DNA from: Octopus vulgaris
Lineage: Eukaryota
Assembly: GCA_951406725.2 (NCBI GenBank)
Contig: OX597817.1
Coordinates: 120,404,001 to 120,468,000 of the forward strand
Reading direction: 5' to 3'
DNA: 64,000 nucleotides
How positions within the stretch are numbered: the stretch's first letter is position 1; the number at the start of each line of letters is the position of its first letter. The notes beneath the pieces are model-generated. The model ran no database searches. It was not told the origin of the DNA and saw nothing but the letters and a program-made list of their open reading frames with translations. The translations under genes were made by a program, and so were the position numbers. Positions 63,395 through 64,000 of this stretch are shown piece by piece.

Positions 63395-63415
63395 ATAATA
63401 ATAATAATAATAATG

Positions 63416-63446
<31 letters not shown>

Positions 63447-63447
63447 T
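63395..63447. repeat. (TAA)n microsatellite
   Basis: Direct reading. Confidence 0.97.
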
Positions 63448-64000
63448 AAATGATTTGCAACTCAAATGCAATAATACTTTAATGATTTGGTAATTTAATA
63501 TTCACTTTTTTTTCTTCCTTTCTTTACTTTCTGCATAATATCAATTTCTTTGGCACCCATTTTTACATGCAACAAATAGATAGGTGTCAACATTTTATTG
63601 ATAGTCAATGATTTTAAATGTATCATAGCACAAATCACTATTAAATCCTCTACAGTCAATGTAGTTCTATATTATGTAGACACTTAAAATTTGAATTTGC
63701 TAAATTGTTGTTCGGAAAGCATATTAAAAGAAATAGTTTATCGTGTGACTTTATTCTAAATATTCCATAATGTCATGAACACATGAAATCAGAAAATTGA
63801 AAATTAATTAATTTGGGAAATAATAGCATTGTATGGGCTTATTAGAATCTGAAACATGTTTTTCCTTTTTTCTAAAAGTTTAGTTGTTTTTGTTTCGTTT
63901 TTCTTTAATTATGTTGTACCATGATATAAATAGAGAGTTTCAATGAAATTTCCATTAGTTGGAATATATAAGGTCGTGACTTGTTTACATTAAACATAAA

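Overview
AT-rich, CpG-poor eukaryotic non-coding DNA (intergenic or a very large intron). I found no protein-coding gene I can support: nearly all ORFs in the track are translations of (AT)n/(CA)n/(CAT)n/(TAC)n microsatellites or of decayed retroelements. The repeat families are three or four tRNA-headed SINE types, RTE LINE 3' ends with (GAT)n tails, Penelope-like fragments, TTAA-CCC MITEs and Tc1/mariner ends. They match what I recall from Octopus genomes, so a coleoid cephalopod origin is inferred, not proven. Highlights: (1) an ORF-less ~440-bp fold-back element at 13831-14272 with an outward-facing minimal type-I hammerhead ribozyme in each arm; (2) several other hammerhead scaffolds, some with non-canonical cores (11156, 16577, 50690), in Penelope-like fragments that mostly lie in or next to (AT)n tracts; (3) a U6 snRNA retrocopy (nt ~10-91) ending in an RTE-type (TGA)n tail at 47578-47673; (4) a tail-to-tail full-length SINE pair and other long fold-backs that could form dsRNA; (5) bipartite and internally deleted RTE derivatives, and fossils of CR1/L2-group and R4-group LINEs. 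Family names come from motif recall, and all alignments were done by eye. Coordinates of degraded repeats are approximate.
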